Under the pieces are notes generated by a model. It was not told the origin of the DNA. It did no database searches and saw nothing but the letters and a program-made list of their open reading frames with translations. This document shows, piece by piece, positions 8,942 to 17,769 of a DNA stretch of 64,000 bases; positions within the stretch are counted from its first letter, which is position 1; each line of letters opens with the position of its first letter. Origin of the DNA: Parcubacteria group bacterium (GTDB lineage: Bacteria > Patescibacteriota > Patescibacteriia > UBA1558 > GWA2-36-10); assembly GCA_003104935.1 (NCBI GenBank), contig PQAE01000006.1, forward strand, positions 1,037 through 65,036, written 5' to 3'. A program made the translations under genes and the position numbers.

Positions 8942-9034
8942 GGTTTGCAGTTTGTCAATGCGAGCCGCGCTCAGCGCGGCGTGGCAATCTACAAGCTTTT
9001 AGATTGCTTCGTCGCCAACAGCTCCTCGCAATGG

Positions 9035-9337
9035 CTACAGGTCCAACAAATCGTCATGTAAATCGCACCATTCTGGATTATCTTTTTTAATTAAAGCTAT
9101 CTTTTTCTTTCTTGGCCCTGCCTTTATATATTTTTCTCTGGAAATAGCATCATGTATATTATCAAATGTTTCATAATACATCAGATTATTAACATTGTAC
9201 CGAGCAGTAAATGATCTTGGATTTATCTTCTCTTTATGTTGGCGCACTCTCAATAATAAATTATTCGTGACGCCAGTATACAAAGTGCCGTTCTTATATG
9301 TAGCTAAAATATAAACAAAATACTGCTTATCGCGCAT
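9035..9337 (-). CDS. GIY-YIG nuclease superfamily protein (UPF0213/YhbQ-like)
   Basis: 100 aa; YFVYIL...GTLYTGVTNNLLLRVRQH matches the GIY-YIG catalytic core. Confidence 0.7.
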   Translation of the reverse strand: MRDKQYFVYILATYKNGTLYTGVTNNLLLRVRQHKEKINPRSFTARYNVNNLMYYETFDNIHDAISREKYIKAGPRKKKIALIKKDNPEWCDLHDDLLDL

Positions 9338-9358
9338 TGCTTTTCTTCACTTAAACAA

Positions 9359-9575
9359 TGGAGCCACCCGTCCCGCCTGTGGCGGGACGACCTCTTCCTT
9401 ATGCCGCCTGAGGCGGCACCCCGCCAGCGGGCGTGGCGAAATTATTGTTTGTGGAGCCGACTATCGGGCTTGAACCGATGACCTGCGGTTTATGCCGCCA
9501 GAGTATAACGAAGTGCGGCACCCCGCCCGCTGGCGGTGGCGATACCGCCGCTCCCCGCCTGCCTGCGCCTTGGTC
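9359..9575 (-). repeat. two tandem degenerate tRNA 3'-half-like units, each fused to a conserved GC-rich hairpin module
   Basis: Unit 2 (9461-9545): rc ends ...GGCGGCATAAACCGCAGGTCATCGGTTCAAGCCCGATAGTCGGCTCCA with a canonical T-arm, acceptor 3' strand and CCA, but no matching 5' acceptor strand. Unit 1 (9359-9443): rc ends ...GGCGGCATAAGGAAGAGGTCGTCCCGCCACAGGCGGGACGGGTGGCTCCA and shares TAAGGAAGAGGT with tRNA-Thr. Both share the module TTATGCCGCC..GCGGCACCCCGCC.GC.GGCG.TGGCGA. Confidence 0.4.
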
Positions 9576-9652
9576 TGGAGCCGATGGTCGGAATTGAACC
9601 GACAACCTCTTCCTTACGAAGGAATTGCTCTGCCAGTTGAGCTACATCGGCG
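9576..9652 (-). tRNA. tRNA-Thr (anticodon CGU)
   Basis: rc GCCGATGTAGCTCAACTGGCAGAGCAATTCCTTCGTAAGGAAGAGGTTGTCGGTTCAATTCCGACCATCGGCTCCA; cloverleaf with 7-bp acceptor, D-arm GCTC/GAGC, anticodon loop TTCGTAA, T-arm GTCGG/CCGAC, CCA encoded. Confidence 0.8.
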
Positions 9653-9699
9653 CAAGGCCATGGCGGGCAGGTACCAAACTGAGCTAAGTCGGCAAAAAA

Positions 9700-10992
9700 C
9701 TATGGTCGCAACCTATAAATCGTCCGGGGAAATGGAATAGACTCACGCACATGTTGCAGACCGCAGACCCAGGCCACCATTCTTTCTAAACCCAAACCAA
9801 ACCCGCCGTGCGGCACACTGCCATATTTACGCAAATCCAGATACCACTTAAATTCTTCCAAAGGTAATTTATGTTCTTGGATGCGCTTGAGCAAAATGTC
9901 ATAATCATCTTCTCTCTGACTGCCGCCAATAACTTCACCATAACCTTCCGGAGCCAGTAAATCGGCACACAAAACTCTATTATTATCCTCTGGGTCGCGC
10001 TTCATATAAAAAGCTTTGACCTTAGCCGGATAATGGGTAACAAAAATCGGATTATCATGGGTCAGGGATAATTTACCCTCATCTTCGGCGCCCAGATCGT
10101 CATCAGCTTTAATTTTAGAACCGTTTTTTTGCAGCCAGGAAACGGCTTCCGCATGAGTCATCTTGAAAAATGGCTTATCAATGTTTTCCAAGGGCTTAAT
10201 ATCCCTTTCCAAAATGGCCAGCTCTTCTTTATTTTTTTCTAAAACATTTTTGACCATAAAGCGCACCAGTTCTTCCTGAATCTTAAGATTGTCAGCAAGC
10301 TCGGTAAAGGCCATCTCGGCATCCATCATCCAAAACTCGGTCAGATGGCGACGGGTCTTGGATTTTTCCGCGCGGAACACCGGACCAAAATCAAATACCC
10401 GATTGTGGGCAAACATGGCTGCCTCAATATAAAGCTGTCCACTCTGCGACAGGTATGCCGTTTCGTCAAAATACTTGAGTTTAAACAACTCCGTAGTGCC
10501 TTCACAGGCATTAGGAGTTAGAATCGGCGCGTCAATCTTAGTAAAGCCGTTGATTTTCATAAAATCATAAATGGCCAAGGTCAAGGTATTGCGCACGCGC
10601 TGTATGGCCCACTGTTTTTTGGAACGCAACCAGAGATGCCGGATGTCCATCAAAAAATCTATGCCATGATCTTTTTTTGCGATCGGATAATCAGCCGCAA
10701 TCTGATAATAATATAATTCGCTAACCTGCAACTCGTACTCTTCGCGCTTGGGGTGTTTGGCCACTCTGGCGACTACCTTGACGGAACTTTCCAAGCTAAC
10801 ATCTTTGGATTTATGCCAAAGTTCCGGGGCTAATTCCGCCTCGTTTAAAATCGCCTGGCACTGACCCGTGCCGTCGGATAGCTCCCAAAAGGCGATTTTT
10901 CCAGAACTACGAAAATTCTTCACCCAGGCGTTGATTTCTACGCTCTGGCCGACATATTGACCCAAATCTTTGATAAATACTGCCTTAGTCAT
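9700..10992 (-). CDS. asnS: asparaginyl-tRNA synthetase
   Basis: 430 aa class II aaRS; FRAEKSKTRRHLTEFWMMDAEMAF matches the AsnRS motif 2 (FRAE..T.RHL.EF.M.E). Confidence 0.85.
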   Translation of the reverse strand: MTKAVFIKDLGQYVGQSVEINAWVKNFRSSGKIAFWELSDGTGQCQAILNEAELAPELWHKSKDVSLESSVKVVARVAKHPKREEYELQVSELYYYQIAADYPIAKKDHGIDFLMDIRHLWLRSKKQWAIQRVRNTLTLAIYDFMKINGFTKIDAPILTPNACEGTTELFKLKYFDETAYLSQSGQLYIEAAMFAHNRVFDFGPVFRAEKSKTRRHLTEFWMMDAEMAFTELADNLKIQEELVRFMVKNVLEKNKEELAILERDIKPLENIDKPFFKMTHAEAVSWLQKNGSKIKADDDLGAEDEGKLSLTHDNPIFVTHYPAKVKAFYMKRDPEDNNRVLCADLLAPEGYGEVIGGSQREDDYDILLKRIQEHKLPLEEFKWYLDLRKYGSVPHGGFGLGLERMVAWVCGLQHVRESIPFPRTIYRLRP

Positions 10993-11035
10993 AGTGCCTA
11001 AATAATAACTAAAAAAGTCATATAATACAAGGCCT

Positions 11036-11689
11036 TTATATGCCGCGGGCTCGAAAAATTACCCCGATGGTGCGGAAAATGATACTAAGATCAAACAAAA
11101 CTATTTTCCACCCGGGATTATGAGCGCAAAAAAGGATATACTCCCGATCCCACTCATATTGAGTAATGTCGGTCATACCTTTGCGGGATTGGTAAGGACC
11201 GGTTAGTCCGGACTTAATTACCTTCTTAGTATAGTTTTGGCGGGCCAGTTGTTTTTTGTAAACCTCCAGATTAACCGGCCGCGGACCAACTACGGAAATG
11301 TCGCCCACAAAAATACTCAGCAGTTGCGGCAACTCGTCTAAATATATTTTTTGCAGGACTCGGCCCACTCTGGTCAGACTGGCGCCGTCGTGCTCCAGCT
11401 CTTTGGTAAAGATAAAAGTTTTGCTTTTTTTTAAAGCGCGGATGACCTGAGGTTTAAAAATATTAAATTTTATAAAATTTACCGGCTGGCCACGAGAAAT
11501 TCTTTTTTCCACATAAAACAAAGGGGCGAAAAACTGCAGATGAATGATGTCTTCCAGAGCAATCAAAATTAAAATAATAAAAAATACCGGCCAGAGCAAT
11601 AAAATAAAAAATCCGGAAAATAAAACGTCAAAAGCCCTTTTTAAAGGGGCTATAGTGACGCAAGGCAGATTCGGATCAAATTCGGGCAT
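11036..11689 (-). CDS. polyprenyl-phosphate sugar transferase (Bac_transf family)
   Basis: 217 aa; N-terminal TM; DELPQLLSIFVGDISVVGPRP signature of bacterial sugar transferases (WbaP/WcaJ C-terminal domain). Confidence 0.7.
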   Translation of the reverse strand: MPEFDPNLPCVTIAPLKRAFDVLFSGFFILLLWPVFFIILILIALEDIIHLQFFAPLFYVEKRISRGQPVNFIKFNIFKPQVIRALKKSKTFIFTKELEHDGASLTRVGRVLQKIYLDELPQLLSIFVGDISVVGPRPVNLEVYKKQLARQNYTKKVIKSGLTGPYQSRKGMTDITQYEWDREYILFCAHNPGWKIVLFDLSIIFRTIGVIFRARGI

Positions 11690-11700
11690 TAATCAAAAAA

Positions 11701-12213
11701 CTAAATTTTTTTAATACTCTTTAGAAAACCGTAGGCGATGGCGCCGCCGATCAGAGCCGTGGCCAGCTGAGGCCAGGACATCATGCCGGAAATGGTCGGG
11801 GCCAATTCCTTTTTTATAACTAAATTAATAACCAAGGTGCTGGTGGACCATAAAAATAGAAACTTTAGCACACTGCCCGCCACTACACCAGACCAAAAAT
11901 CCTTTTGCCAGAGCCGGTCAAAAGCGATGACCATCACTACATTGGAGATCATAATAAAAGGTATCATCGGCGCCAGCAAGGGCGGTAATAAACCAACGGA
12001 CAAAGCAATGGTGCTGGGCAGTAAGGCCAAAATCATGGCATTACTCAGTCCTACCAAAACTACAGCGATAAAAAGCATAGCGTTGATCATGGGACCGGTG
12101 ATCCATTGCTGGTGAAAAAGCGGTAAAATTACTGATATTCCCAGGAGCCCGGCTAACTGGACTACAGTCAAAATTCCTTTTTTTTCTACCGATATTACTT
12201 TACTTAAGGCCAT
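11701..12213 (-). CDS. integral membrane protein (about 5 TM; possible ECF-transporter S-component-like)
   Basis: 170 aa highly hydrophobic; no catalytic motif recognised. Confidence 0.4.
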   Translation of the reverse strand: MALSKVISVEKKGILTVVQLAGLLGISVILPLFHQQWITGPMINAMLFIAVVLVGLSNAMILALLPSTIALSVGLLPPLLAPMIPFIMISNVVMVIAFDRLWQKDFWSGVVAGSVLKFLFLWSTSTLVINLVIKKELAPTISGMMSWPQLATALIGGAIAYGFLKSIKKI

Positions 12214-12256
12214 AAAAAATTTTGTTTATTTTTTTTATTTATTTGGATTTACACCG

Positions 12257-14017
12257 TTAAATCCGGCGACGCCGGACTCCGCCAACGGCGGAATATTTGA
12301 CGGGGTAAACTTCCTTTGATTTTTTCATATAATGCGTATGGCAAACACTCTTGGCATTTTTCTCGTCATCCAGAAAATTTTTATAAACATCCTGCACTAT
12401 CGGGCTGTCCTCGGCCACCCGGATTTTATTTTTAGTATCGATAGAGTACAGACCGGCGGCCCGCTTTTTTCTGATCTCGTCATCGACCGGCACCGGCTGG
12501 CCGCCGCCACCGATGCAGCCGCCAAAGCAAGCCATCACTTCCACATAATCATAAGCCCCGGGATTTTTCTTTAGTTCCGCGATAATAACCTTGGCATTGG
12601 CAATGCCGTTAGCCACCGCCACCTTAACAATTTTATCCTTCACTTTAATATCGGCTTTTTTCAGGCCTTGGATGCCCCGTACTTGTTCAAACTCTATCTT
12701 CGGCAATTTCCGACCGGTGATCATCTTATAGGCCGTACGCAAAGCCGATTCCATCACTCCGCCCGAGGCGCCGTAAATCACGCCGGCTCCGGTGGGCTGG
12801 GCAAATATCGGATCCGGTTTGGATTCGGGCATAGTTTTCAAATCAATGCCCTTTTTTCTAAAGATATGGGCCGCTTCCCGTACCGTATAGACATGGTCAA
12901 CGGCTCTTAGACCACTAATCTTCATCTCCGCCCTTTGTACCTCATATTTTTTAGCCACACAGGGCATGATGGACACCACTATTATATCCTTGGGATTGAG
13001 CTTCATTTTTTTGGCCCAGTAGGTCTTGATCAGCCCGGCCATGATCATCTGCGGCGATCGGGTGCTGGTCAGATAAGGGATGAGCTCGGGATGAAAAAAC
13101 TCTACATACTTGACCCAACCTGGACAGCAAGAAGTAAACAACGGCAAATTTTTCTTATTTTTAATTCGTTCAATCAACTCTTTAGCTTCTTCAATGGTGG
13201 TGACGTCCGCTCCCACGCTGGTATCAAAAACATATTTAACTCCTAATTTTTTTAAAGCGCTGATCAGACGCCCGGTAGCTACAGTGCCGTAGGGCAAGCC
13301 GAATTCCTCGCCGATAGTCGTACGCACCGAAGGCGCAAACTGCCAGACTACGGTCTTATCCGGCCGTTCAAATACTAGGTCTGAGTCCTCAAATTCTCCC
13401 ACGCCCTCAAAGGCGCCGACCGGACAATGGGTCAGACATTGACCGCAATAAATACAATCATGACAGGGATCGGCTGAGGGCATGACTTCAAAAAACTTGC
13501 CGTGTTTTTTATATTCCAGAAAATCCACGCCGACCTTATGACAGGCTTCTACGCAGAGTCCGCAGTCCACGCACTTTGAGCTGTCAAACTCCAGAGCCGG
13601 TCCAAAACGATGCACCGGATAACCGGCTTTGCGGTCGGGAAACTTATTAATGTTAATTTTCCAATCTTTGGCATAATGCCTGATTTTACAATTCTGCAAA
13701 TAAATACAGTCGCGGCATTCTTCGCAATGCTCGGTAAATATTAATTCTAAATTTACGGCCCGCGCTCTCCTGGCATCGGATGCCTCGCTATTTACTTCCA
13801 ATCCTTCCTGCACCGACAAAGTGCAGGCCGACTGCAGGCCCGGTTTGCCTTTGATTTTGACCTGGCAAAGACGGCAGGAACCCTGGATTTTTAAGTCCGG
13901 GTGAAAACAAAGATGGGGGATCTCCTGGCCATTGGCCAGAGCCACTTCTAAAACATTTTGCCCAGGATCAGCCAAACAGGTTTTACCGTTGATAATGATT
14001 TTTATCTTTTTAGACAT
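12257..14017 (-). CDS. hydA: [FeFe]-hydrogenase catalytic subunit
   Basis: H-cluster motifs L1 FTSCCPGW, L2 IMPCVAKKYE, L3 EVMACFGGCIGGGGQP; N-terminal 2Fe-2S and two 4Fe-4S Cys clusters. Start trimmed to MSKKIKII (ATG rc of 14015-14017) to avoid a 76-nt overlap with the upstream gene. Confidence 0.85.
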   Translation of the reverse strand: MSKKIKIIINGKTCLADPGQNVLEVALANGQEIPHLCFHPDLKIQGSCRLCQVKIKGKPGLQSACTLSVQEGLEVNSEASDARRARAVNLELIFTEHCEECRDCIYLQNCKIRHYAKDWKININKFPDRKAGYPVHRFGPALEFDSSKCVDCGLCVEACHKVGVDFLEYKKHGKFFEVMPSADPCHDCIYCGQCLTHCPVGAFEGVGEFEDSDLVFERPDKTVVWQFAPSVRTTIGEEFGLPYGTVATGRLISALKKLGVKYVFDTSVGADVTTIEEAKELIERIKNKKNLPLFTSCCPGWVKYVEFFHPELIPYLTSTRSPQMIMAGLIKTYWAKKMKLNPKDIIVVSIMPCVAKKYEVQRAEMKISGLRAVDHVYTVREAAHIFRKKGIDLKTMPESKPDPIFAQPTGAGVIYGASGGVMESALRTAYKMITGRKLPKIEFEQVRGIQGLKKADIKVKDKIVKVAVANGIANAKVIIAELKKNPGAYDYVEVMACFGGCIGGGGQPVPVDDEIRKKRAAGLYSIDTKNKIRVAEDSPIVQDVYKNFLDDEKNAKSVCHTHYMKKSKEVYPVKYSAVGGVRRRRI

Positions 14018-14040
14018 ATTATTTTTCGCCCACAGGACAA

Positions 14041-15033
14041 TCACCCTCTGGGTGATATTTTTATTTTGGCCAACAAACTGCGGAAGGGGACGACCACGGA
14101 TTTTCCTAAAGCACAAAAACTTGTGTTTTCCAAAACAAACATTAAATCCTCTATTTTTTTAGCGTCCAGCTTTTTATTTTCCAGCATCTTTTCCAGGCGA
14201 TAAGTGCCTTCGCGGCAGGGCGTACACTTGTCGCAATTTTCCCGCATAAAAAAAGTAACCCAAAACTTCATCAGCTGATACAAATCTGTTTTGGCTCTGT
14301 CAAAAATTACGATCGCTCCGGAACCACCCACTTTTTTCTTGGTCTCGCTAGGCAGTAATATTTCGCCGCTGGCTCCCCCGCCGATTTGCAAAAAATAATC
14401 TGTTTTCGGCAGATTGCCGGTGTGTTGTAAAATCCTCTGGATGGACCAGGAGTCCGGCAGTTCATACACGCCTGGTTTTTTGACGTCGCCGGAAATAGTA
14501 TAAAATCTGCTGTGTTGATATTTATTTTTAGCGATCTGACTGACAAAATAAAATGTTTCAATGTTATTAATCAATGTCGGGCAACCGAAAATGCCGGCTT
14601 GTCCCGGATAAGGCGGCTTAATTCGCGGTCGCGCCAGGTGATGCTCTATTTCCTGACATAACACTGTTTCCTCGCCGGAAAGATAGCCGCCTTTTTCACG
14701 AAATAATTTGATCGGAGCGCGGCCGATGAGCTTCTCCAGCTTAGCTTTATATTTCCGATAATAATCTTTGCGCAAAAAAATAATGGCCGTGGCATGGTCA
14801 ATATACTGCAGAGCGATTTTAATACCGCTAATCAGCTCCGCCGGATAGTGAGCTAAAATATAGCCGTCCTTCAAAACATTGGGCTCTCCCTCGGAGCCGT
14901 TTGCCACAATATACTTTTTTTCCGCCAACTGATTTTTTACTGCCTGCCATTTTACAGCTGTCGGAAAAGCCGCTCCGCCACGTCCGCTGAGCTGAGCTGA
15001 TTCTAATTTGGCGATGATGTCCCCCTTAGCCAT
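14041..15033 (-). CDS. NuoF-like NAD(P)H-binding flavoprotein subunit (hydrogenase partner, HydB/HndC-like)
   Basis: 330 aa; GGYLSGEETVLCQEIEH (FMN/NADH-binding region), CDKCTPCREG 4Fe-4S motif; immediately upstream of hydA. Confidence 0.7.
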   Translation of the reverse strand: MAKGDIIAKLESAQLSGRGGAAFPTAVKWQAVKNQLAEKKYIVANGSEGEPNVLKDGYILAHYPAELISGIKIALQYIDHATAIIFLRKDYYRKYKAKLEKLIGRAPIKLFREKGGYLSGEETVLCQEIEHHLARPRIKPPYPGQAGIFGCPTLINNIETFYFVSQIAKNKYQHSRFYTISGDVKKPGVYELPDSWSIQRILQHTGNLPKTDYFLQIGGGASGEILLPSETKKKVGGSGAIVIFDRAKTDLYQLMKFWVTFFMRENCDKCTPCREGTYRLEKMLENKKLDAKKIEDLMFVLENTSFCALGKSVVVPFRSLLAKIKISPRG

Positions 15034-15074
15034 ATTAGCTATTATTTTAGCACATTTTTCAAATTATTTAAACA

Positions 15075-15110
15075 AAAAACACAGGCTTGGGTTAAACCTG
15101 TGTTTTGAAA
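15075..15110 (-). terminator. intrinsic terminator after the anti-sigma-like gene
   Basis: Hairpin ACACAGG-N10-CCTGTGT followed on the minus strand by UUUUUUGUUU. Confidence 0.45.
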
Positions 15111-15127
15111 AAACTATTTTCGTTTTT

Positions 15128-16171
15128 TTAATCTTTGTGACCTGGCTCCCGCCCCTTTCTTTCGTCCTGATCATCATCTCGTCCTTGAGTGCTTGTCGCA
15201 GTGCTGGTGGCAACTCTGTGTTCATTATCATCATTATCAATACCGCTCCCGGTAGTAGTGGCCCGACGCTTGTCTTCCTGTTCCTTTTTTTTCTGATCTT
15301 CCGGACAGCGCCCGATAGTATCATCGTGTGACAAATGAGCCGCCAAAGCGGACTGAGCGATTATCAAATCATGCGATATGTTGGAGCCAGTTTTGTGGCA
15401 GACCATTAGCTTTTTTTCCAATATCCAACCCGGCGTGGTAGTAGCCGTAGATGTCGCGGTACTAGTCGCGGTAGAAGTCGCCGTGTTGATGATAAATTTC
15501 CAACCCTGACCTTCAAAATGAACTTTAATGGCGCCGTTATCTTCTTCCTCGGCTTCAATGTCAAATTGCTGGTTCTTATCTTTATTCTTAAATTTCGCCT
15601 GCCATTGCTCGGCACTATCCGAATCGGACAATTTATCTTCGATTGTTTTGACAATTCGCTCCACTTGGCTGTCCGCCCGACGATCACCGCTAGCCGCTAC
15701 CTGGCTTCGCAAATTAGCTACTAGATTCAGGGCGGTTTCTATGTTCTGGTCATTACTCTTCTCCTGTTCTAGTTTCAAATTTCCGGAATTTTTTTGTTTA
15801 TTAGCGTTATCAATAATAACTCTTAACTCCCCTGCTCTTTCCTCGGCAAATTTGACGCGTAATTCATTTTTCTTTTGCGGCACGCTCAATGCCAGCTGGA
15901 CTTTCTCCACAGCCTGATCTAAGGGAAATAAGACGTCGCCGGGTTTGGCATAATCCGCCGCCCGGACTGTAGCCACTGACCCGCCCAGTAACAAAACGAT
16001 AATTAAAGATACTATGCCCATATGTTTATAATTTAATGACAAATAAAAAGACCAGTGACTCGGCGATTGTTGTCTCCGAGATAAGATATTTAACCATAAC
16101 TTCGCGCTTTCCCCAACGCTCAAGTCTCTGGGTCTAATCTGCTCTAATTTTTTTTCTAAATTATTTGTCAT
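15128..16171 (-). CDS. membrane-anchored anti-sigma-factor-like protein with TATS tandem repeats
   Basis: 347 aa; start overlaps the sigma-factor stop by 11 nt (translational coupling); single TM (IVSLIIVLLLGGSVATV); charged coiled-coil-like region; TATSTATSTATSTATT low-complexity tract. Confidence 0.45.
   Translation of the reverse strand: MTNNLEKKLEQIRPRDLSVGESAKLWLNILSRRQQSPSHWSFYLSLNYKHMGIVSLIIVLLLGGSVATVRAADYAKPGDVLFPLDQAVEKVQLALSVPQKKNELRVKFAEERAGELRVIIDNANKQKNSGNLKLEQEKSNDQNIETALNLVANLRSQVAASGDRRADSQVERIVKTIEDKLSDSDSAEQWQAKFKNKDKNQQFDIEAEEEDNGAIKVHFEGQGWKFIINTATSTATSTATSTATTTPGWILEKKLMVCHKTGSNISHDLIIAQSALAAHLSHDDTIGRCPEDQKKKEQEDKRRATTTGSGIDNDDNEHRVATSTATSTQGRDDDQDERKGREPGHKD
15435..15490 (-). 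repeat. 12-nt tandem repeat encoding (TATS)n
   Basis: GGTAGTAGCCGTAGATGTCGCGGTACTAGTCGCGGTAGAAGTCGCC on the + strand = 4 to 5 units of a 12-nt period. Confidence 0.5.
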
Positions 16172-16694
16172 GTTTTTTTAATAATTCTTCCATTTTTTTC
16201 AAAGCCCGATAGTGCCTAATTTTCACATTATTTTCCGTAATTTCCAGAACAGCGGCGATCTCTTTGAGAGTCAGTTGCGACCAATACCTGAGTTCTATTA
16301 CCAGACGGTACTTTTCGTCTAATAAATTCAGCACCTTCCGAATCTGACCAAAATCCTCCGGTATAAATTCATAGCTATCACGGATATTTCCGTCCTGCCA
16401 CTGAGCCGCAGGCTTTTCCTGATAATGCCGGCTGAGTTTGCGACGGGCAATTCGGTAAACAAAGCCATAAAACTGAGCGTCGCTGTGGTAATTAAACCTA
16501 CCGCTGGCACGCCACAAATCAATGAATAACTCCTGTAAAATATCTTGGGCATCCTCCCTAGTCTTACTACGGGACAGTAAAAAACGAAATAAGGGCTGAT
16601 GCAAAATCTGATAAAAGCCGTAAAAAGCCTCCTCATTTCCCTGCCGGCTCGCGGCCAGCAAATCTTTAATATTGGGATTACTTGGTGTTTGCAC
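16161..16694 (-). CDS. RNA polymerase sigma-70 family ECF sigma factor
   Basis: 177 aa; region 2 (ILQELFIDLWRASGRF...YGFVYRIARRKL) and region 4 HTH (LTLKEIAAVLEITENNVKIRHYRALKKM). Confidence 0.8.
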   Translation of the reverse strand: MQTPSNPNIKDLLAASRQGNEEAFYGFYQILHQPLFRFLLSRSKTREDAQDILQELFIDLWRASGRFNYHSDAQFYGFVYRIARRKLSRHYQEKPAAQWQDGNIRDSYEFIPEDFGQIRKVLNLLDEKYRLVIELRYWSQLTLKEIAAVLEITENNVKIRHYRALKKMEELLKKHDK

Positions 16695-16743
16695 TTTTTA
16701 GGTCTTCTTAGATGCCATTATCTTAGCAAAAAGTTACAAAATC

Positions 16744-16766
16744 AGCCAAAGGCGGCCCTTTGGCTG
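16744..16766 (-). terminator. hairpin terminator between the pilin-like genes and the sigma factor
   Basis: AGCCAAAGGGCCGCCTTTGGCT on the minus strand followed by GAUUUUGUAACUUUUU. Confidence 0.4.
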
Positions 16767-16782
16767 TACAAAAAATTTCAAT

Positions 16783-17166
16783 CTATTGACGAGTGGCGTT
16801 ATATAGTTCGCCCAGCACGAAACTGGCGATAGCATAGGCCGACAAAACTATGGCAATACCCACTATACCAGCGCCCATAGTTTTTTTTGCTTCATCTATT
16901 TTCTCCGATGATCCCATAGAAAGCATCCATCTGAATCCGCCTAGTAAGAAAAGGAGGACAGCAATTACCCCTAAAAAGCCCAATAGAACATTGATAATTC
17001 CTGCGATAGCGGTTCGTAAATCTTTATTACCCAGCCGCACACCCTGTTGGATCAGATCATTGACTCCATAATAAGCGTCGGCATTATCGGCTAAAGTAAC
17101 TTGAGGGGCTACCAGCGCCGGCGTGAGCAATAGGGACAGAACAAATATTTTTTTTAGCAAAGCCAT
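16783..17166 (-). CDS. TrbC/VirB2-like pilin-family small membrane protein, paralog 1
   Basis: Signal peptide (MALLKKIFVLSLLLTPALVAPQVTLA|DNAD), soluble segment, then two hydrophobic helices separated by a short polar loop, the VirB2/TrbC topology; about 70% identical to paralog 2. Start trimmed to M15 of the track ORF. Confidence 0.5.
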   Translation of the reverse strand: MALLKKIFVLSLLLTPALVAPQVTLADNADAYYGVNDLIQQGVRLGNKDLRTAIAGIINVLLGFLGVIAVLLFLLGGFRWMLSMGSSEKIDEAKKTMGAGIVGIAIVLSAYAIASFVLGELYNATRQ

Positions 17167-17264
17167 AAACTTAACAGTTTTAATATTTAACGGCACAAAC
17201 AAATCCATTTAAAATACCACCGCTAGAAAAATTGTCAAGCTGAACTCCTAAGCGTTCCCAAAAA

Positions 17265-17636
17265 CTATCTCGTACCATTATACAACTCACCCAGCACAAA
17301 ACTGGAAATGGCATAAGCCGACAAGACTATGGCCAAACCAATCACGCCCGCAATAATTGCGGCACGGCCGGAACTATTTTTATCGGCCTGGCCCTGCGAA
17401 GTCATAATCTGAAATCCACCGTAAATAACTGCCACCACGGCGATCACGCCTAAAAAACCCAAAATAACATTGATAATACCGGCGATGGTAGTGCGTAGAT
17501 CTTTACTTCCCAGACGCACGCCTTGCTGGACTAAATCGTTAATACCATAATAAATATCAGCGTTATCCGCAAAAGTTACACGCGGCGCAAACAAAGCCGG
17601 GATTATTAACAGTGCAAGGATAAATAATCTATTCAT
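17265..17636 (-). CDS. TrbC/VirB2-like pilin-family small membrane protein, paralog 2
   Basis: 123 aa; MNRLFILALLIIPALFAPRVTFA|DNADIYYGINDLVQQGVRLGSKDLRTTIAGIINVILGFLGVIAVVAVIYGGF..IIAGVIGLAIVLSAYAISSFVLGE. Confidence 0.5.
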   Translation of the reverse strand: MNRLFILALLIIPALFAPRVTFADNADIYYGINDLVQQGVRLGSKDLRTTIAGIINVILGFLGVIAVVAVIYGGFQIMTSQGQADKNSSGRAAIIAGVIGLAIVLSAYAISSFVLGELYNGTR

Positions 17637-17704
17637 AAATAATTATTAATTAATTATTAGATTACATATATTATAGCAAATATTGTTAAAATTAATAACC
17701 CTCC

Positions 17705-17733
17705 TTGACAATAATCAAATAAAATGATATAGT
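17705..17733 (+). promoter_or_regulatory. promoter TTGACA-N14-TGa-TATAGT
   Basis: 17-nt spacer, extended -10; RBS GGGAGG 6 nt before the TTG start at 17770. Confidence 0.45.
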
Positions 17734-17769
17734 ATGGAAGTTTTTTAGTACCCTGTCCGGGAGGTAACC

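Noticed and set aside
8880-9034. T-box riboswitch upstream of aspS
   Set aside because: Looked for the conserved T-box sequence (AATTAGGGTGGNACCGCG) on the aspS strand. It is not present, and only palindromic hairpins are found.
9399-9740. ORFs 9399..9605 (-) and 9492..9740 (+) in the tRNA region
   Set aside because: They overlap tRNA-Thr and the tRNA-like repeats. The Ala/Gly/Pro/Arg-rich products are typical of spurious ORFs in GC-rich RNA genes.
14018-14116. N-terminal 33-codon extension of hydA in the ORF track
   Set aside because: It would overlap the upstream NuoF-like gene by 76 nt. The internal ATG (MSKKIKII) gives a normal 23-nt intergenic spacing and the conserved N-terminal ferredoxin-like domain starts there.
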